DNA of 64,000 nucleotides from Eledone cirrhosa (GCA_964016885.1 OZ024746.1:53692001-53756000), one strand, 5' to 3'; counted from the stretch's first letter, positions 12,053 to 24,676 are shown. Notes: a model not told the origin generated them from the sequence alone. Numbers and translations are program-made.

Positions 12053-12887
12053 TCTTTTTTCTTTTTTCTTTTTCTTTTCTTTCCTTTTTAATGTTTATTT
12101 ATTATTTATTATTTTTTATTTTCTTAGTTTATAGATACATCTATAATAAGCAGTCTGCCCAAACCGTTGAATACTGACCTCTCCCCCCCTCCCACCTAAT
12201 TTCTGTATCTTGATCTAAAAATGTGTGTGCCAGTGTTTATGTGAGTGAATTAATATCCATGTGCTTAGGATTTTATATCCACATATATATATGTGAGTGG
12301 GGGTGTGTGTGTGTTTGTATGTTCGTAGTTATGTGTATGTTTATGCATATACGCGCGTGTGTGTGTGATTGTACGGATATGTGTGAGTATGAGAATATGT
12401 GTATACACTTATTTCATATTTATGTGTCTATACGCATCTTATCTGTGCATTATAAACTTACAGAGACATTAACCTTGAAATTTTGTATTTGCATCCATCC
12501 TTTTGGTATGCGTATACAAGTTGAGCATACATTTTTGTAAAATATGTGTAAGGGTAGTTACATGTATATACACACACCGAACTGCATTAAACCTTTTGTA
12601 TTTTCATTGGTCAATTTTGTTCCCAAACGGACCTGAAATTTTGAATTGTTGTTATTATCAATAAATATATTTCATTATTTCTGAAGACGGCGTATATATG
12701 TGTTGGTATGTATATTTAATCTTGATAGTTTGTATAATTTTGTATAATTTTGTACATAGATCTGTTGAATATGCATGCCAATTCTAACACATATATATCC
12801 TAGAAACGATCGTTAAATAATGAACTTTTTTTGTTTAATATAAGGAACTGTTTCATTGTTTTATTCATTATTTGTTTAATATTTTAT
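12053..12887 (+). repeat. PLE1 5' pseudo-LTR
   Basis: Matches 18721-19555 at offset 6668; only two substitutions noticed by eye. Confidence 0.95.
12671..12824 (+). ncRNA. Type I hammerhead with ~115-nt stem II
   Basis: TTCATTATTT-CTGAAGA-[long hairpin]-GAAA-CGATCG-TT-AAATAATGAA; perfect 10-bp stem I; predicted cut after 12814. Confidence 0.8.
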
Positions 12888-13174
12888 CTTGACTCTGTAT
12901 ACCGTTTATCTTTCATCGAAAGTGATTTTTCATTACATCTCTTCTTTCCATGATATCCGGAATACATTGAGTTCTTCATACGGATTGGACACTACCGTAA
13001 ACTCTTGGTAGATTTATCTACATAATTTTGCTCCTATTTTCACGGAAATATTCGTATTTTTGTACTGTATGTGTGTATTAATTTTATATTTATGTATATA
13101 CATATATATGTATGATTTTATAAACCCATATACATTTAGTTGAGCTCTTTCAATTGTCCATCATCCATATCACA

Positions 13175-15616
13175 ATGGAAAAACAATATTTGGGAACCTC
13201 TTTAAAAAACATACCAATACCTTCTAAGGATGACTTCTTACTCCTTATGATTCAAAAAACTAATAATTTTATCAGAAGGGTTAGATGGAGAGCCTACCAC
13301 TTCGATAGAAAATCTAAACAAGCAGATCGGAAATATATGTATGATTTCAATACTTACAAGAATCCACCACACAACTTTTTACTTGAAGACTTCGAGAAAG
13401 ACCTTTTTAATTTAATTAAACACCTCAAATTTAAAAAGTATAAATCCGTCTTTCAAAAGGACCTTGATTCTACCCTATTGGACCTAAAAAAGTCTAAAAA
13501 AATCCATGTCCACTCGGACAAAACTGGTAACTTGTATCATATGGATATTGAACATTATAATGAGTTCATATATAAAGAACTCAGAAAAAATTATAAAAAA
13601 TCTAATAATGCGTCACTCACCAACATCAACAACAAAACACACAACATAGTAAAAAAACTAAACATTGAAGATAGAACTGAACCTTTGGCATTGAAAAGAC
13701 CACACTTCAACCTGAAGGATCATAAATCAAACTTTAACTCAAATCCTTCTATTAGACTTATATGTCCCTCCAAATCAGATATTGGAATAATTAGCAAAAA
13801 AATTTTGGATAGAGTCATCCCACAAATAAGAAAACACGTTATTTTACCACTCTGGGAAAACACCTCCCAGGTAATTAACTGGTTTAAAAATATTAGATGT
13901 AAATCTTCTGCTTCATTTCTACAATTTGATATAGATAATTACTATTCTTCTATATCACCTATACTCCTGAACAAAGCATTGATATTTGCTAAAAATAGAT
14001 CTAACTTAACTTTGGATGACATTAATATTATTACACATGCTAGACTAACACTTATTGAATTTCAGAATGAATACTGGACCAGAAACACATATAGTAATCT
14101 ATTTGATATTACTATGGGTTCAAGCGATTCCGCCCAAATTACTGATCTTGTGGGCCTCTTTCTCCTTTTCAACATAAATGCCTCCTTTCCCCACCTCAAA
14201 GGTGGTTTATATCGTGATGACTGTCTTCTTCTTTCTAACAACCTTAGCCTTTCAGAAATTGAAAAAAACAAAAAACATATTAGAACTTTCCTTAAAGACT
14301 ATTATAATCTTAATATTACTTTTGAAAAAACAAGTAAAGTAGTAAATTTCCTAGATATAACTTTAGATTTAGCTACGGGTATCTACCAACCTTACCATAA
14401 ACCAAACCAAAACTTACATTACATACACTCACAATCTAATCACCCTAAATCTATCCTTAAAAACCTTGCATATAATATATCACTTAGAATTTCTAACCTT
14501 TCTTCTAACCAAGATGTATTTGATAAAAATGCGACCTTCTATAACGAAGCTCTAGATAGAAGTGGCCACAAAAATAGATTAGAATATATACCTTCTACTA
14601 AAAATACTGAAAGCATACAACCTAATATTACCAACAAACACCAAATGAAAAGTACACACCTAAATGCCACCCACACTATACCCCAAAATACCAAATCTTC
14701 TAATATAAAGTATAGTAACTCTCAAAAAACTACTCATCATACAACTCTAATAAATATTAATAATAAAACTCCTAATAAAAAGGATAAAACACCTAAATCT
14801 ACAAATATAACTAAAAATGGTTGTGGTGAGATCATTAACATTAATCCTCCTAGTAAAAATCACGATACAACCTATAAAAATAATAAAAATAATAAACAAC
14901 ATAGAAACCGTAATAGACGGATTACTTGGTATAATGCTCCATTTAATTTACAAATTAAGGATAATATTGCTAAAAAATTTTTTTATATCCTAGAGAAAAA
15001 CTTCCCGCCAAACCACAAATACCATCAAATCTTAAATAGGTCTACAGTTAAATTCTCATACTCTACAACAAATAACATAAAACAAAATATAAGTGCCTAT
15101 AATGCATATAAATGTAAGAAAACCATAAGTATACCACCAGTACATCAAATTAACCATAATATCTCCTCAAATACAGAATTAACGAAAGGTTGTAACTGTA
15201 GAAACAAAGCAAACTGCCCATTAAAAGGGAATTGTCTTGTTAACAACATAGTCTATAAATGTAATGTTAAAACTAAAGATTCTATTTGCTCATATATAGG
15301 AGCTACCTCTAACAATTTTAAGACAAGGTTTAATACCCACAAGCATAGTTTTAAAAATGCCGCACTGGCTAATACAACATCTCTAGCAGAAAAAATCAAT
15401 AGTTATAAAAATAAGAATATAGAATATGTTTTGACCTGGAGTGTGCTCAAAAGAGCCACCCCTTATCAAAATAATAGAAATGAATGTAGATTATGTTCCC
15501 AAGAACTATTTGAAATAATGAAATCTAAGGATATCCTATTAAATAAACGACAGGAATTAATTATATCGTGTAATCATAAACTAAAAAAAACATTTAAATA
15601 TTATAAACCTAATTAA
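13175..15616 (+). CDS. PLE1 reverse transcriptase + C-terminal GIY-YIG endonuclease (813 aa; probably Hydra-type PLE clade)
   Basis: SLKNIP N-terminus, SDKTGN, FLQFDIDNYYSSI, ITMGS, LYRDD, FLDI, YHKP, SNHP, CNCRNKANCPLKGNC linker, IVY...YIG, CRLC, LNKR; uninterrupted; clade label from memory. Confidence 0.92.
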   Translation: MEKQYLGTSLKNIPIPSKDDFLLLMIQKTNNFIRRVRWRAYHFDRKSKQADRKYMYDFNTYKNPPHNFLLEDFEKDLFNLIKHLKFKKYKSVFQKDLDSTLLDLKKSKKIHVHSDKTGNLYHMDIEHYNEFIYKELRKNYKKSNNASLTNINNKTHNIVKKLNIEDRTEPLALKRPHFNLKDHKSNFNSNPSIRLICPSKSDIGIISKKILDRVIPQIRKHVILPLWENTSQVINWFKNIRCKSSASFLQFDIDNYYSSISPILLNKALIFAKNRSNLTLDDINIITHARLTLIEFQNEYWTRNTYSNLFDITMGSSDSAQITDLVGLFLLFNINASFPHLKGGLYRDDCLLLSNNLSLSEIEKNKKHIRTFLKDYYNLNITFEKTSKVVNFLDITLDLATGIYQPYHKPNQNLHYIHSQSNHPKSILKNLAYNISLRISNLSSNQDVFDKNATFYNEALDRSGHKNRLEYIPSTKNTESIQPNITNKHQMKSTHLNATHTIPQNTKSSNIKYSNSQKTTHHTTLININNKTPNKKDKTPKSTNITKNGCGEIININPPSKNHDTTYKNNKNNKQHRNRNRRITWYNAPFNLQIKDNIAKKFFYILEKNFPPNHKYHQILNRSTVKFSYSTTNNIKQNISAYNAYKCKKTISIPPVHQINHNISSNTELTKGCNCRNKANCPLKGNCLVNNIVYKCNVKTKDSICSYIGATSNNFKTRFNTHKHSFKNAALANTTSLAEKINSYKNKNIEYVLTWSVLKRATPYQNNRNECRLCSQELFEIMKSKDILLNKRQELIISCNHKLKKTFKYYKPN

Positions 15617-16069
15617 TAACATTATTTTAGAAATTAATTTAATTTAAATGTTAGTTAACCTATAAATTTAATTTAATTAAAATTCTATTACAGATGAGAA
15701 TATAAAATATTATGTAATCATAAATTGTGAAAAACCTTTAAATATTACTAATATATACTTAGTAATTTAATTTATAGATTAATTTTAATTTATTTAAACC
15801 TTTTATTATAATTCCTTTACAGATAAAATATAACAAAATATCGTGTATCCAATGACAGAGAAATAATTTTTAGTATTATAGACCTAATTAATATACATTT
15901 TAGAAATATATTTATAATTTGGTTTTAAATTTAGTCAACCTAAAAATTTAATTTAATTGGCTTAAAATTAGTATCCTTATACAGACGAATTGCAGAATGT
16001 CATGTAATCATAGAATGGGATGTGTTTTGGATATATACCTAGTTAATATATTCTTTGCAATTTTTGAAA

Positions 16070-16104
16070 AAATATGTATATGTATATATGTATGTGTATG
16101 TGTA

Positions 16105-16147
<43 letters not shown>

Positions 16148-16919
16148 ATGTATATATATATGTGTATGTATATGTATATGTATATGTATTAATTTTGATT
16201 TCTATTTGCATATAATTATATTCTGCTATTGATAAAATACAATATCTGTTTTATTATATACCTAATTAACATATACTATAGAAATAAATATATAATTTTT
16301 AATTTAGTTAACCTATAATTTATATTCTACTACCGATGTAATACTTTATTTGTTTTTTCCCTATTACTAAATTCACTTCCTAATATTGATACCATAACGT
16401 TATTAACTTTAATTTAGTTATACTATAATTAATACTCTACTACTATTTAACTTCAAAATTCTGCTTCAAATATTATAAACCTAACTAATTTACACCTTAG
16501 AAATAAATATGTTAACTATCTTTAGTTTAGTTAACATATAATTAATGGTATACTTATTTATTTTGAAATGCATAAATTTTGCCTTATTTCTTATTTATTG
16601 TATTTCCTAACACTGAAACTATGTAAAAACATACATTGGATCCAGATACGGATAATATTCTATGTTTCTTGAAACATATATTTACTATAATCCCCTTCTC
16701 CAACCCCCCCCTTTCCCCCATACTATTATCATCTGTGTTTGGAAGCGTGTCTGTATGAATATATATGTAGGTAGGTGTATATATGTTTGGGTATTTATAT
16801 CTGAATATAAAAATACATATATGCGCATGCAAATAAGAATGTAAGATTGTGTGTGTATATATATGTGTGTATGTATATATATGTGTGTACATATGCATGT
16901 GTATATATGTGTGTATGTG

Positions 16920-16986
<67 letters not shown>

Positions 16987-17233
16987 ATGTATGTATGTAT
17001 ATATGTGTGTGTATATATATGTATGTCTCTCTATTTATATGTCTATCTTCGTATCTATGTGGATATATGTGTGTGTGTGCATGTATACACATATATGTGT
17101 TTACGTGTATATGTGTGTATGTGTATATATGTGTGTGTGCACACACATATATATGTGAGTGTGTGTATGTGTGTGTGTATATGTATGTGTATATATATGT
17201 ATATATCTATGTGTGTATATATGTCTATATTCG

Positions 17234-17270
<37 letters not shown>

Positions 17271-17493
17271 TATTATTATAATATAACTTATGTGTATGTG
17301 TGTATATGTGAGGGTGTGTATATGTATATATATGTGTATATATATGTGTAAAAAAATATATATGTGCATGTCTGTTTTTTTTTTTTTTTTTTATGTGTGT
17401 GTATATATATATATGTGTATATATATGTATATGTGGGTGTTTGTATGTGTGTTTATGGTTGTATGTGTGTGTGGGTCTATATATATATAAGTG

Positions 17494-17530
<37 letters not shown>

Positions 17531-17863
17531 ATATATATCTCTATTAATGCGTGTATATATGTATATGTATATGCCTTTTTCTTTGTATGTCTGAGTTGTG
17601 TGAGGGTGTAGTGGTGTTTCTATGTATATATGCATATATGGATGCGTATGTATTTGTATATATGAGTATATGTAAGTGCGTATGTATGTATGTATGAATA
17701 TATATCTAATTCTATGTATGAGTATATATGTGTGTGTATGTATGTTGTGTGTGTATGTATGTATATGTCTATGTGTGTATATATATATGTATGTATGTGT
17801 GTGTATGTATGTATGTATGTGTATGTATGTACATATATGTCTATGTATGTGTGTATGTATATG

Positions 17864-17898
<35 letters not shown>

Positions 17899-18100
17899 TT
17901 ATTTTTTATATATATGTGTGTGTGTGTATGTGTGTGTGTGTGTGTATATATATCTTTATATATGTGTATGTGTATGTTCGTGTAGGTGTATGTGTGTGTA
18001 TGACTATATATGTATGTGTGTATGTGTGTATGTGTATATATATCTATGTGTGTGTACATGTATGTATGTGTATGTATGTGTATGTGTGTATATGTGTATG

Positions 18101-18134
<34 letters not shown>

Positions 18135-18438
18135 TATATATATATGTATATATATGTATATGTTTCTCTATTTGTATATGTATATGTGTATAGGTATATA
18201 CCTTTTTCTTTATATGTCTGAGTTGTGTGAGAGTGTAGTGGTGTTTGTATGTATATACCGATATATGGATGCGTAAGTATTTGTCTGTATGTATGTATGT
18301 ATGTCTGTATGTATTTGTGTGTATATATAGGTATGTATGTGTATATCTGTATGTATATAAGTATGTAAGTGTATGTATATGTGCGTGTATGTGTGTATAT
18401 ATATGTGTGTCTATATAGTATGTGTGATTATATGTGTA

Positions 18439-18517
<79 letters not shown>

Positions 18518-18659
18518 ATTTATATGTATGTGTGTATATGTATGTATGTGTGTATATGTATATGTTTATATATGTGTGTGTATGTATGTTCTAAGTGTGG
18601 ATGTGTGTATATGTATGTATGTGTTTGTATATATATGTATGTGTATATGTATATATATG

Positions 18660-18709
<50 letters not shown>

Positions 18710-18710
18710 C
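16070..18710. repeat. Degenerate (TA)/(TG) microsatellite-rich tract inside the PLE1 3' UTR
   Basis: Lies between the ORF and the 3' pseudo-LTR; internal duplication about 17574-17657 vs 18201-18283. Confidence 0.85.
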
Positions 18711-18720
18711 TTGATATATT

Positions 18721-19546
18721 TCTTTTTTCTTTTTTCTTTTTCTTTTCTTTCCTTTTTAATGTTTATTTATTATTTATTATTTTTTATTTTCTTAGTTTAT
18801 AGATACATCTATAATAAGAAGTCTGCCCAAACAGTTGAATACTGACCTCTCCCCCCCTCCCACCTAATTTCTGTATCTTGATCTAAAAATGTGTGTGCCA
18901 GTGTTTATGTGAGTGAATTAATATCCATGTGCTTAGGATTTTATATCCACATATATATATGTGAGTGGGGGTGTGTGTGTGTTTGTATGTTCGTAGTTAT
19001 GTGTATGTTTATGCATATACGCGCGTGTGTGTGTGATTGTACGGATATGTGTGAGTATGAGAATATGTGTATACACTTATTTCATATTTATGTGTCTATA
19101 CGCATCTTATCTGTGCATTATAAACTTACAGAGACATTAACCTTGAAATTTTGTATTTGCATCCATCCTTTTGGTATGCGTATACAAGTTGAGCATACAT
19201 TTTTGTAAAATATGTGTAAGGGTAGTTACATGTATATACACACACCGAACTGCATTAAACCTTTTGTATTTTCATTGGTCAATTTTGTTCCCAAACGGAC
19301 CTGAAATTTTGAATTGTTGTTATTATCAATAAATATATTTCATTATTTCTGAAGACGGCGTATATATGTGTTGGTATGTATATTTAATCTTGATAGTTTG
19401 TATAATTTTGTATAATTTTGTACATAGATCTGTTGAATATGCATGCCAATTCTAACACATATATATCCTAGAAACGATCGTTAAATAATGAACTTTTTTT
19501 GTTTAATATAAGGAACTGTTTCATTGTTTTATTCATTATTTGTTTA

Positions 19547-19555
<9 letters not shown>
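18721..19555 (+). repeat. PLE1 3' pseudo-LTR
   Basis: Copy of 12053-12887, ends directly in (TA)n. Confidence 0.95.
19339..19492 (+). ncRNA. Second copy of the PLE1 hammerhead
   Basis: Same motif as 12671-12824. Confidence 0.8.
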
Positions 19556-19641
<86 letters not shown>

Positions 19642-19756
19642 TATATATATATTATATACGTATTTATATATTATATATATATATATATGTGTGTGTGTGT
19701 GCATTCATATATGCTTGTACACACACACACACACATCTCACTCTCTCTCTCTCCCC

Positions 19757-19853
<97 letters not shown>

Positions 19854-20177
19854 TGATTTCCTGTCAAACCGAACCATCGCATCGTGTGCCTAAGGGTTAC
19901 TCTCTTACCCACATTCTACCAGTTACTATGTACTCCAAATTGTGGTATGTGTCTATGTATAAATGTAGGTATTTATACACACGCACATATATATGTACGT
20001 GTGTCTACATTTTATCTCTGACCCACATTCTGACATACCTAGTGTTTCTCAAGTTGATAACGTCTTTCTTACATAATGTTCTTTCTCTGAACTAAATACA
20101 CACTTGTTATTCCCTTGAATAGAACATAGACCTATGTAGAATGATGAGAATGATGATGATAAGGATGATGATAATAA

Positions 20178-20540
20178 TTGTTTCTACGTTTGGCACACGG
20201 CCAGTAATTACCCAGTACATTACTGGTACTTTATTTTATCAACCCCGTAAGGATGAAAGGCAAAGTTAACCTCGGCAGGATTTGAAATCAGAATGGCAAG
20301 GGCCGTAACTCTATGCGTCAAAGCATGGCGTCCGACCCTCTACCGATACTGCCAATCCAACAGGAAGATGATAATAATTGTTTCTACTTTAGGCAGAAGG
20401 CCAGCAATTACCCAGTACATTACTTGTACTTTATTTTATCGACCCCGTAAGGATGAAAGGCAAAGTTAACCTCGGCGGGATTTGAACTCAGACTGTAAAG
20501 GGACGTAACTGTGCTGGAAAGCATGGCGTCCAACCCTCTA
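20178..20540 (-). mobile_element. Two tandem tRNA-derived SINE copies (family S1)
   Basis: Reverse complement of the 23421 copy, including B box GAGTTCAAATCC and the shared GGTTAACTTTGCCTTTCATCC core. Confidence 0.85.
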
Positions 20541-21179
20541 TGGATCTTTCGTCGATGTCAACTATGTGTTTTCAGTTACTCGCACAACTGAACGTCGAAA
20601 CAAGGATTTAAAGTGTAAGTGGGGGAGTATTTCACAGATTTATTGTGTACCCTTAGCATAATTCCCAAGCTTAATCAGTATAGTAAAAAATGGAAAAATG
20701 TTGGGTCTTTGAATTACAGGTACTGTCCATGTGACTAGCTTCTACACAATTTCCGACTACTCGATTTCTCTCACTAAGGCTGCGATAAAACACTTGCCCT
20801 AGCTCTTCCACGTTCGGACCATATCCTTGTGGTTATGTTCATTATCTATAGATTTCCTTCTATTAGTCGATATATTTAATTTAGGCTATTTTTATATTTA
20901 TTTTGGTAGATGTCATGTAGTAAGTTAGAAAATGTGACTTCAAGATTACAAAACGAACGTCTTAACCAGTCGGCCATTCCTTCCTGTACACGATCTTTAG
21001 GGAAGTCTTTAACATAATGCTGCTTTCTTTTACTGTATATTTAACCAAATAACACATCTTGATTATTTTCATTTTATTTTATTCTGTACTGTTGTTTCCT
21101 CACTGGATTCAGTAAAATGAACAGAAAGGACAATATATTACAAACCAGATCCAAAAATTGTCATCAATAAAAAAAATTG

Positions 21180-21610
21180 TGAAAGTGTACAAATATCTAA
21201 ATATTATTCGATTGACCTATATAATCCAGCAAAGATCGTTATTTCACCAAGTCGAATACGTGCGTAATCGATATGAAATGATTGGCGAATAGTTGGCAAA
21301 ATGGAACACCCTAATGCATATGATATTGGGTAGACTTTCTTTTCTAAGAGGAAACATTTATTTATTTCGATTATAAAACAGCGTGGCGGGAAGTAAATGT
21401 TGTGAGGGAAGAGAGTATTTATAGGAAAATTCATTTTAGTATAAGGTTTTCTTTGTAGGGAAAATGGTGGGAGCCACTGTCATAGATACATATTCTCAAT
21501 AAAATATAACATGATCATAGTTAGATCCCATTTGAGAACAGAACAGCTCCATCAGGTTTGACCAGGGTGTAAAAAAGTAACGATAACAATAATAGTTGAA
21601 AAGAAAAAAA
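21180..21610 (+). mobile_element. Possible highly decayed CR1/L2-type RT C-terminal remnant
   Basis: Broken translations VKVYKYLNII and IVRSHL...QV*PGCKK resemble YKYLG and VRPHLEY..VW.P..KK. Confidence 0.3.
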
Positions 21611-22019
21611 AATCGAACAGCTGATTTTGACAATGTTTATATTTAGAAGAACAGTTCGATTAGCAATGCAAAGCAAAACGTTCGATCTTAAATGTTGTTT
21701 CTAATCGAATGTAATTGAGAAAATGTATATATCGGAAGTGTTATTCTTCGTCTACTTATATGTATGTCCAGTAAATCTATATACGATTGTCATGTGAACG
21801 TAGAATGGTTGCTTGATTAAAAGGTTCGCTTCGCAACATTAGAAATTTCTTTGAGTTTCAGTGTCCTCGAAAAATACATATTTTCGTAGAGCATTAATAC
21901 AACCCCTCTCTCTTTCTTTCTCTTTCTCTCTATATACATACACAAATACATACACGTAATTAAATATATATATATATATATATATATGTTTGTATGTATG
22001 TACGTAAATAAATATATAG

Positions 22020-22273
22020 ACATTAGAGATAGAATGGAATCTCTATACCATTTCCTGTCAGCATGACTTGGCAAGCTAATTAGAACACTGGATTAACCCC
22101 TTTACTTATCTCGAAAATTAAGGATATATAAATAAATTTGTCAACAATATCTTTTGCGTTTGCAATTATATTCTATATCCATACCTGCATTGTCTTGGCC
22201 TTCCAACTCCAAAAGTTTATATATATATAAACTTTTGGAGTTGGAAGGCCAAGACAATGCAGGTATGGATATA

Positions 22274-22280
<7 letters not shown>
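22020..22280. mobile_element. Fold-back element end in (TA)n
   Basis: Perfect palindrome 22167-22280 with a one-sided extension to the left. Confidence 0.6.
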
Positions 22281-22319
<39 letters not shown>

Positions 22320-22411
22320 TGAAACAGTAAAAAAATACGAAAAACAACGAGGAAACGAAGAGGCAGTACAAAATGTTAATATTAGTTTCACGCTTGAGAG
22401 TGGGGGTGGGG

Positions 22412-22448
22412 AACGACGTTTCGGGCATAATCCCTTCACCAGGAGAAA
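22412..22448 (-). ncRNA. Degenerate hammerhead-like motif
   Basis: Minus strand: CTGGTGA-AGGGATTATGCCC-GAAACGTC; core mutated and stem I not formed; related fragment near 33100. Confidence 0.4.
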
Positions 22449-22529
22449 AGTGAGAAAGAAAACAGTTCCGAGGGTGTGAGGGGGAGTGGTGGAAAGACAT
22501 AAAAAAAAGGGGGAGGGGACATTTTTTAG

Positions 22530-22566
<37 letters not shown>

Positions 22567-22608
22567 AGAAAAAAAGAGAATCTGTGTAGCAACGAATGGA
22601 ATTTATTG

Positions 22609-22704
22609 GACATATTACAATCGTTTCTCTGGCGACCAGGCCGACGCACGATCGATGTGATGATCGAAACTGACTCTGAAAATCGCAAGGTCTTCAGATA
22701 CGTC
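22609..22704 (-). ncRNA. Type I hammerhead with extended stem II
   Basis: Minus strand: GACGTAT-CTGAAGA-[~63 nt]-GAAA-CGATTG-TA-ATATGTC. Confidence 0.78.
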
Positions 22705-23165
22705 TTGATTCTACAAAGCAGATTTTCCTATTTTCCAATTTTATAGATATACAAATATATATATACATATATATATATGTGTGTGTATGCATATATATAT
22801 GTATGCATATATATATATATGTATGCAAATATATATGTATGCATATATATATATGTATGCATATATATATATGTATGCATATATATATATATATATATAC
22901 ATATGTATGCATATATATATGCTTATATATATGTATGACTATATATATATATATGTATGCATGCATATATATACATATGTATGCATATATATATGTATGC
23001 ATATATATATATATATATATGTATGCATATATACATATGTATGCATATATATATATGTATGCATATATATACATATATATATATATATGTATGCATATAT
23101 ATATGTATGCATATATATATATATGTATGCATATATATATATATATGTATGTATATATATATGTC

Positions 23166-23237
<72 letters not shown>

Positions 23238-23420
23238 TATATATATATATGTATGCATATATATATATTTATGTATACATATATATACATATATATGCAT
23301 ATATATATATGTATGCATATATATATATATATATATGTATGCATATATATACATATGTATGCATATATATATATGTGTGTGTGCACACACACACACATAT
23401 ATATCATATTTTATTATTGA

Positions 23421-23602
23421 ATTGGCAGTATCGGTAGAGGATCGGACGCCATGCTTTGACGCATAGAGTTACAGCCTTTGCCATTCTGAGTTCAAATCCC
23501 GCTGAGGTTAACTTTGCCTTTTATCCTTACGGGATCGATAAAATAAAGTACCAGTAATGTACTGGGTAATTGCTGGCCTTGTGCCTAAAAATAGAAACAA
23601 TT
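23421..23602 (+). mobile_element. tRNA-derived SINE (family S1)
   Basis: A box TGGCAGTATCGG at 23423-23434, B box GAGTTCAAATCC at 23488-23499. Confidence 0.88.
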
Positions 23603-23767
23603 ATATTATATATATATATATATATTTATACTTAGGTTAATAGGAGTTAGGTATTGTATACCCGTGTCCCATTAAGGTATTGGCAGCATAATAATTAGCT
23701 CTATGCTTTGGAGCAGAGACGTATATATGATAAAGAACACAAGAGCGTCTACAACATCAAAAGATTT

Positions 23768-23825
23768 TTTATTGGCTTACAATGTTTCTTCCTTACGTAA
23801 CCGTAGGATTCGTCAGAGCTATAAA
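23768..23825 (-). ncRNA. Minimal type I hammerhead
   Basis: Reverse complement of 24175-24232. Confidence 0.8.
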
Positions 23826-24174
23826 GGGTTTGATTGGTGTTATGGACTCTACCAACCAAACATTCAAGAACAAAGAGTAAAGAGAGTAAAGAGCAAAAGT
23901 AGGGGACGATAAGTCTAATTTTGGTGCGGGAGGGTGGGGTGTGGGTCCTTGTTTACTAGCTGCGGTCATATTCATTCCCGGGAGTCGAGTGGTTAGTTGA
24001 GCCATAGACTCGACTCGACTCCCGGGAATGAATATGACCGCAGCTAGTAAACAAGGACCCACCCCCACCCCCGCACCAAAATTAGACTTATCGTCCCCTA
24101 CTTTTGCTCTTTACTCTCTTTACTCTTTGTTCTTGAATGTTTGGTTGGTAGAGTCCATAACACCAATCAAACCC

Positions 24175-24232
24175 TTTATAGCTCTGACGAATCCTACGGT
24201 TACGTAAGGAAGAAACATTGTAAGCCAATAAA
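24175..24232 (+). ncRNA. Minimal type I hammerhead
   Basis: GCT-CTGACGA-ATCCTACGGTTACGTAAGGAA-GAAA-CATTG-TA-AGC; cut predicted after 24222. Confidence 0.8.
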
Positions 24233-24380
24233 AAATCTTTTGATGTTGTAGATGCTCTTGTGTTCTTTATCATATATATTTATATGTATGTATATATGTA
24301 TGTGTATATATATATACATGTGCACACACACATATATAATATATTATATATATATTTATATGTATATATAGATGTATATG

Positions 24381-24431
<51 letters not shown>

Positions 24432-24633
24432 TCAAAAGATGGTTAAAAGAGTTCCATGTATTTTATTATGCGCATTTCAAAAACAAATATCATCATGCAA
24501 TAACATTTGTGTTTTCGTCAAATAAAATAGGAAGACATGATATGAAGGTTAAAATACACTTGTGAATAGTGCAGTTTTAAATCAACATAAAATAACATTG
24601 CTTTATTGTACTACAATAAAACTCACCTCCTAA

Positions 24634-24676
<43 letters not shown>

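Larger units (their letters stand above)
12021..19555 (+). mobile_element. Intact Penelope-like retroelement PLE1 with direct pseudo-LTRs, inserted in (TA)n
   Basis: Single RT+GIY-YIG ORF between near-identical 835-bp repeats; 34-bp inverted tail at 12021-12054; TA tracts on both sides. Confidence 0.92.
23626..24278. mobile_element. Inverted pair of PLE ends (~268-bp arms), each with a hammerhead
   Basis: Arms 23722-23990 and 24013-24278, 22-bp spacer, ~95-bp extension on the left, TA flanks. Confidence 0.85.

Noticed and set aside
12223-12540. Duplicated 105-aa ORF (also 18891-19208)
   Set aside because: TG-rich pseudo-LTR sequence; identity reflects the repeat, not coding constraint
23722-24278. 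Palindromes as assembly artefacts
   Set aside because: Arms differ by substitutions or indels, have spacers and share family-specific end points; raw-read confirmation is still advisable
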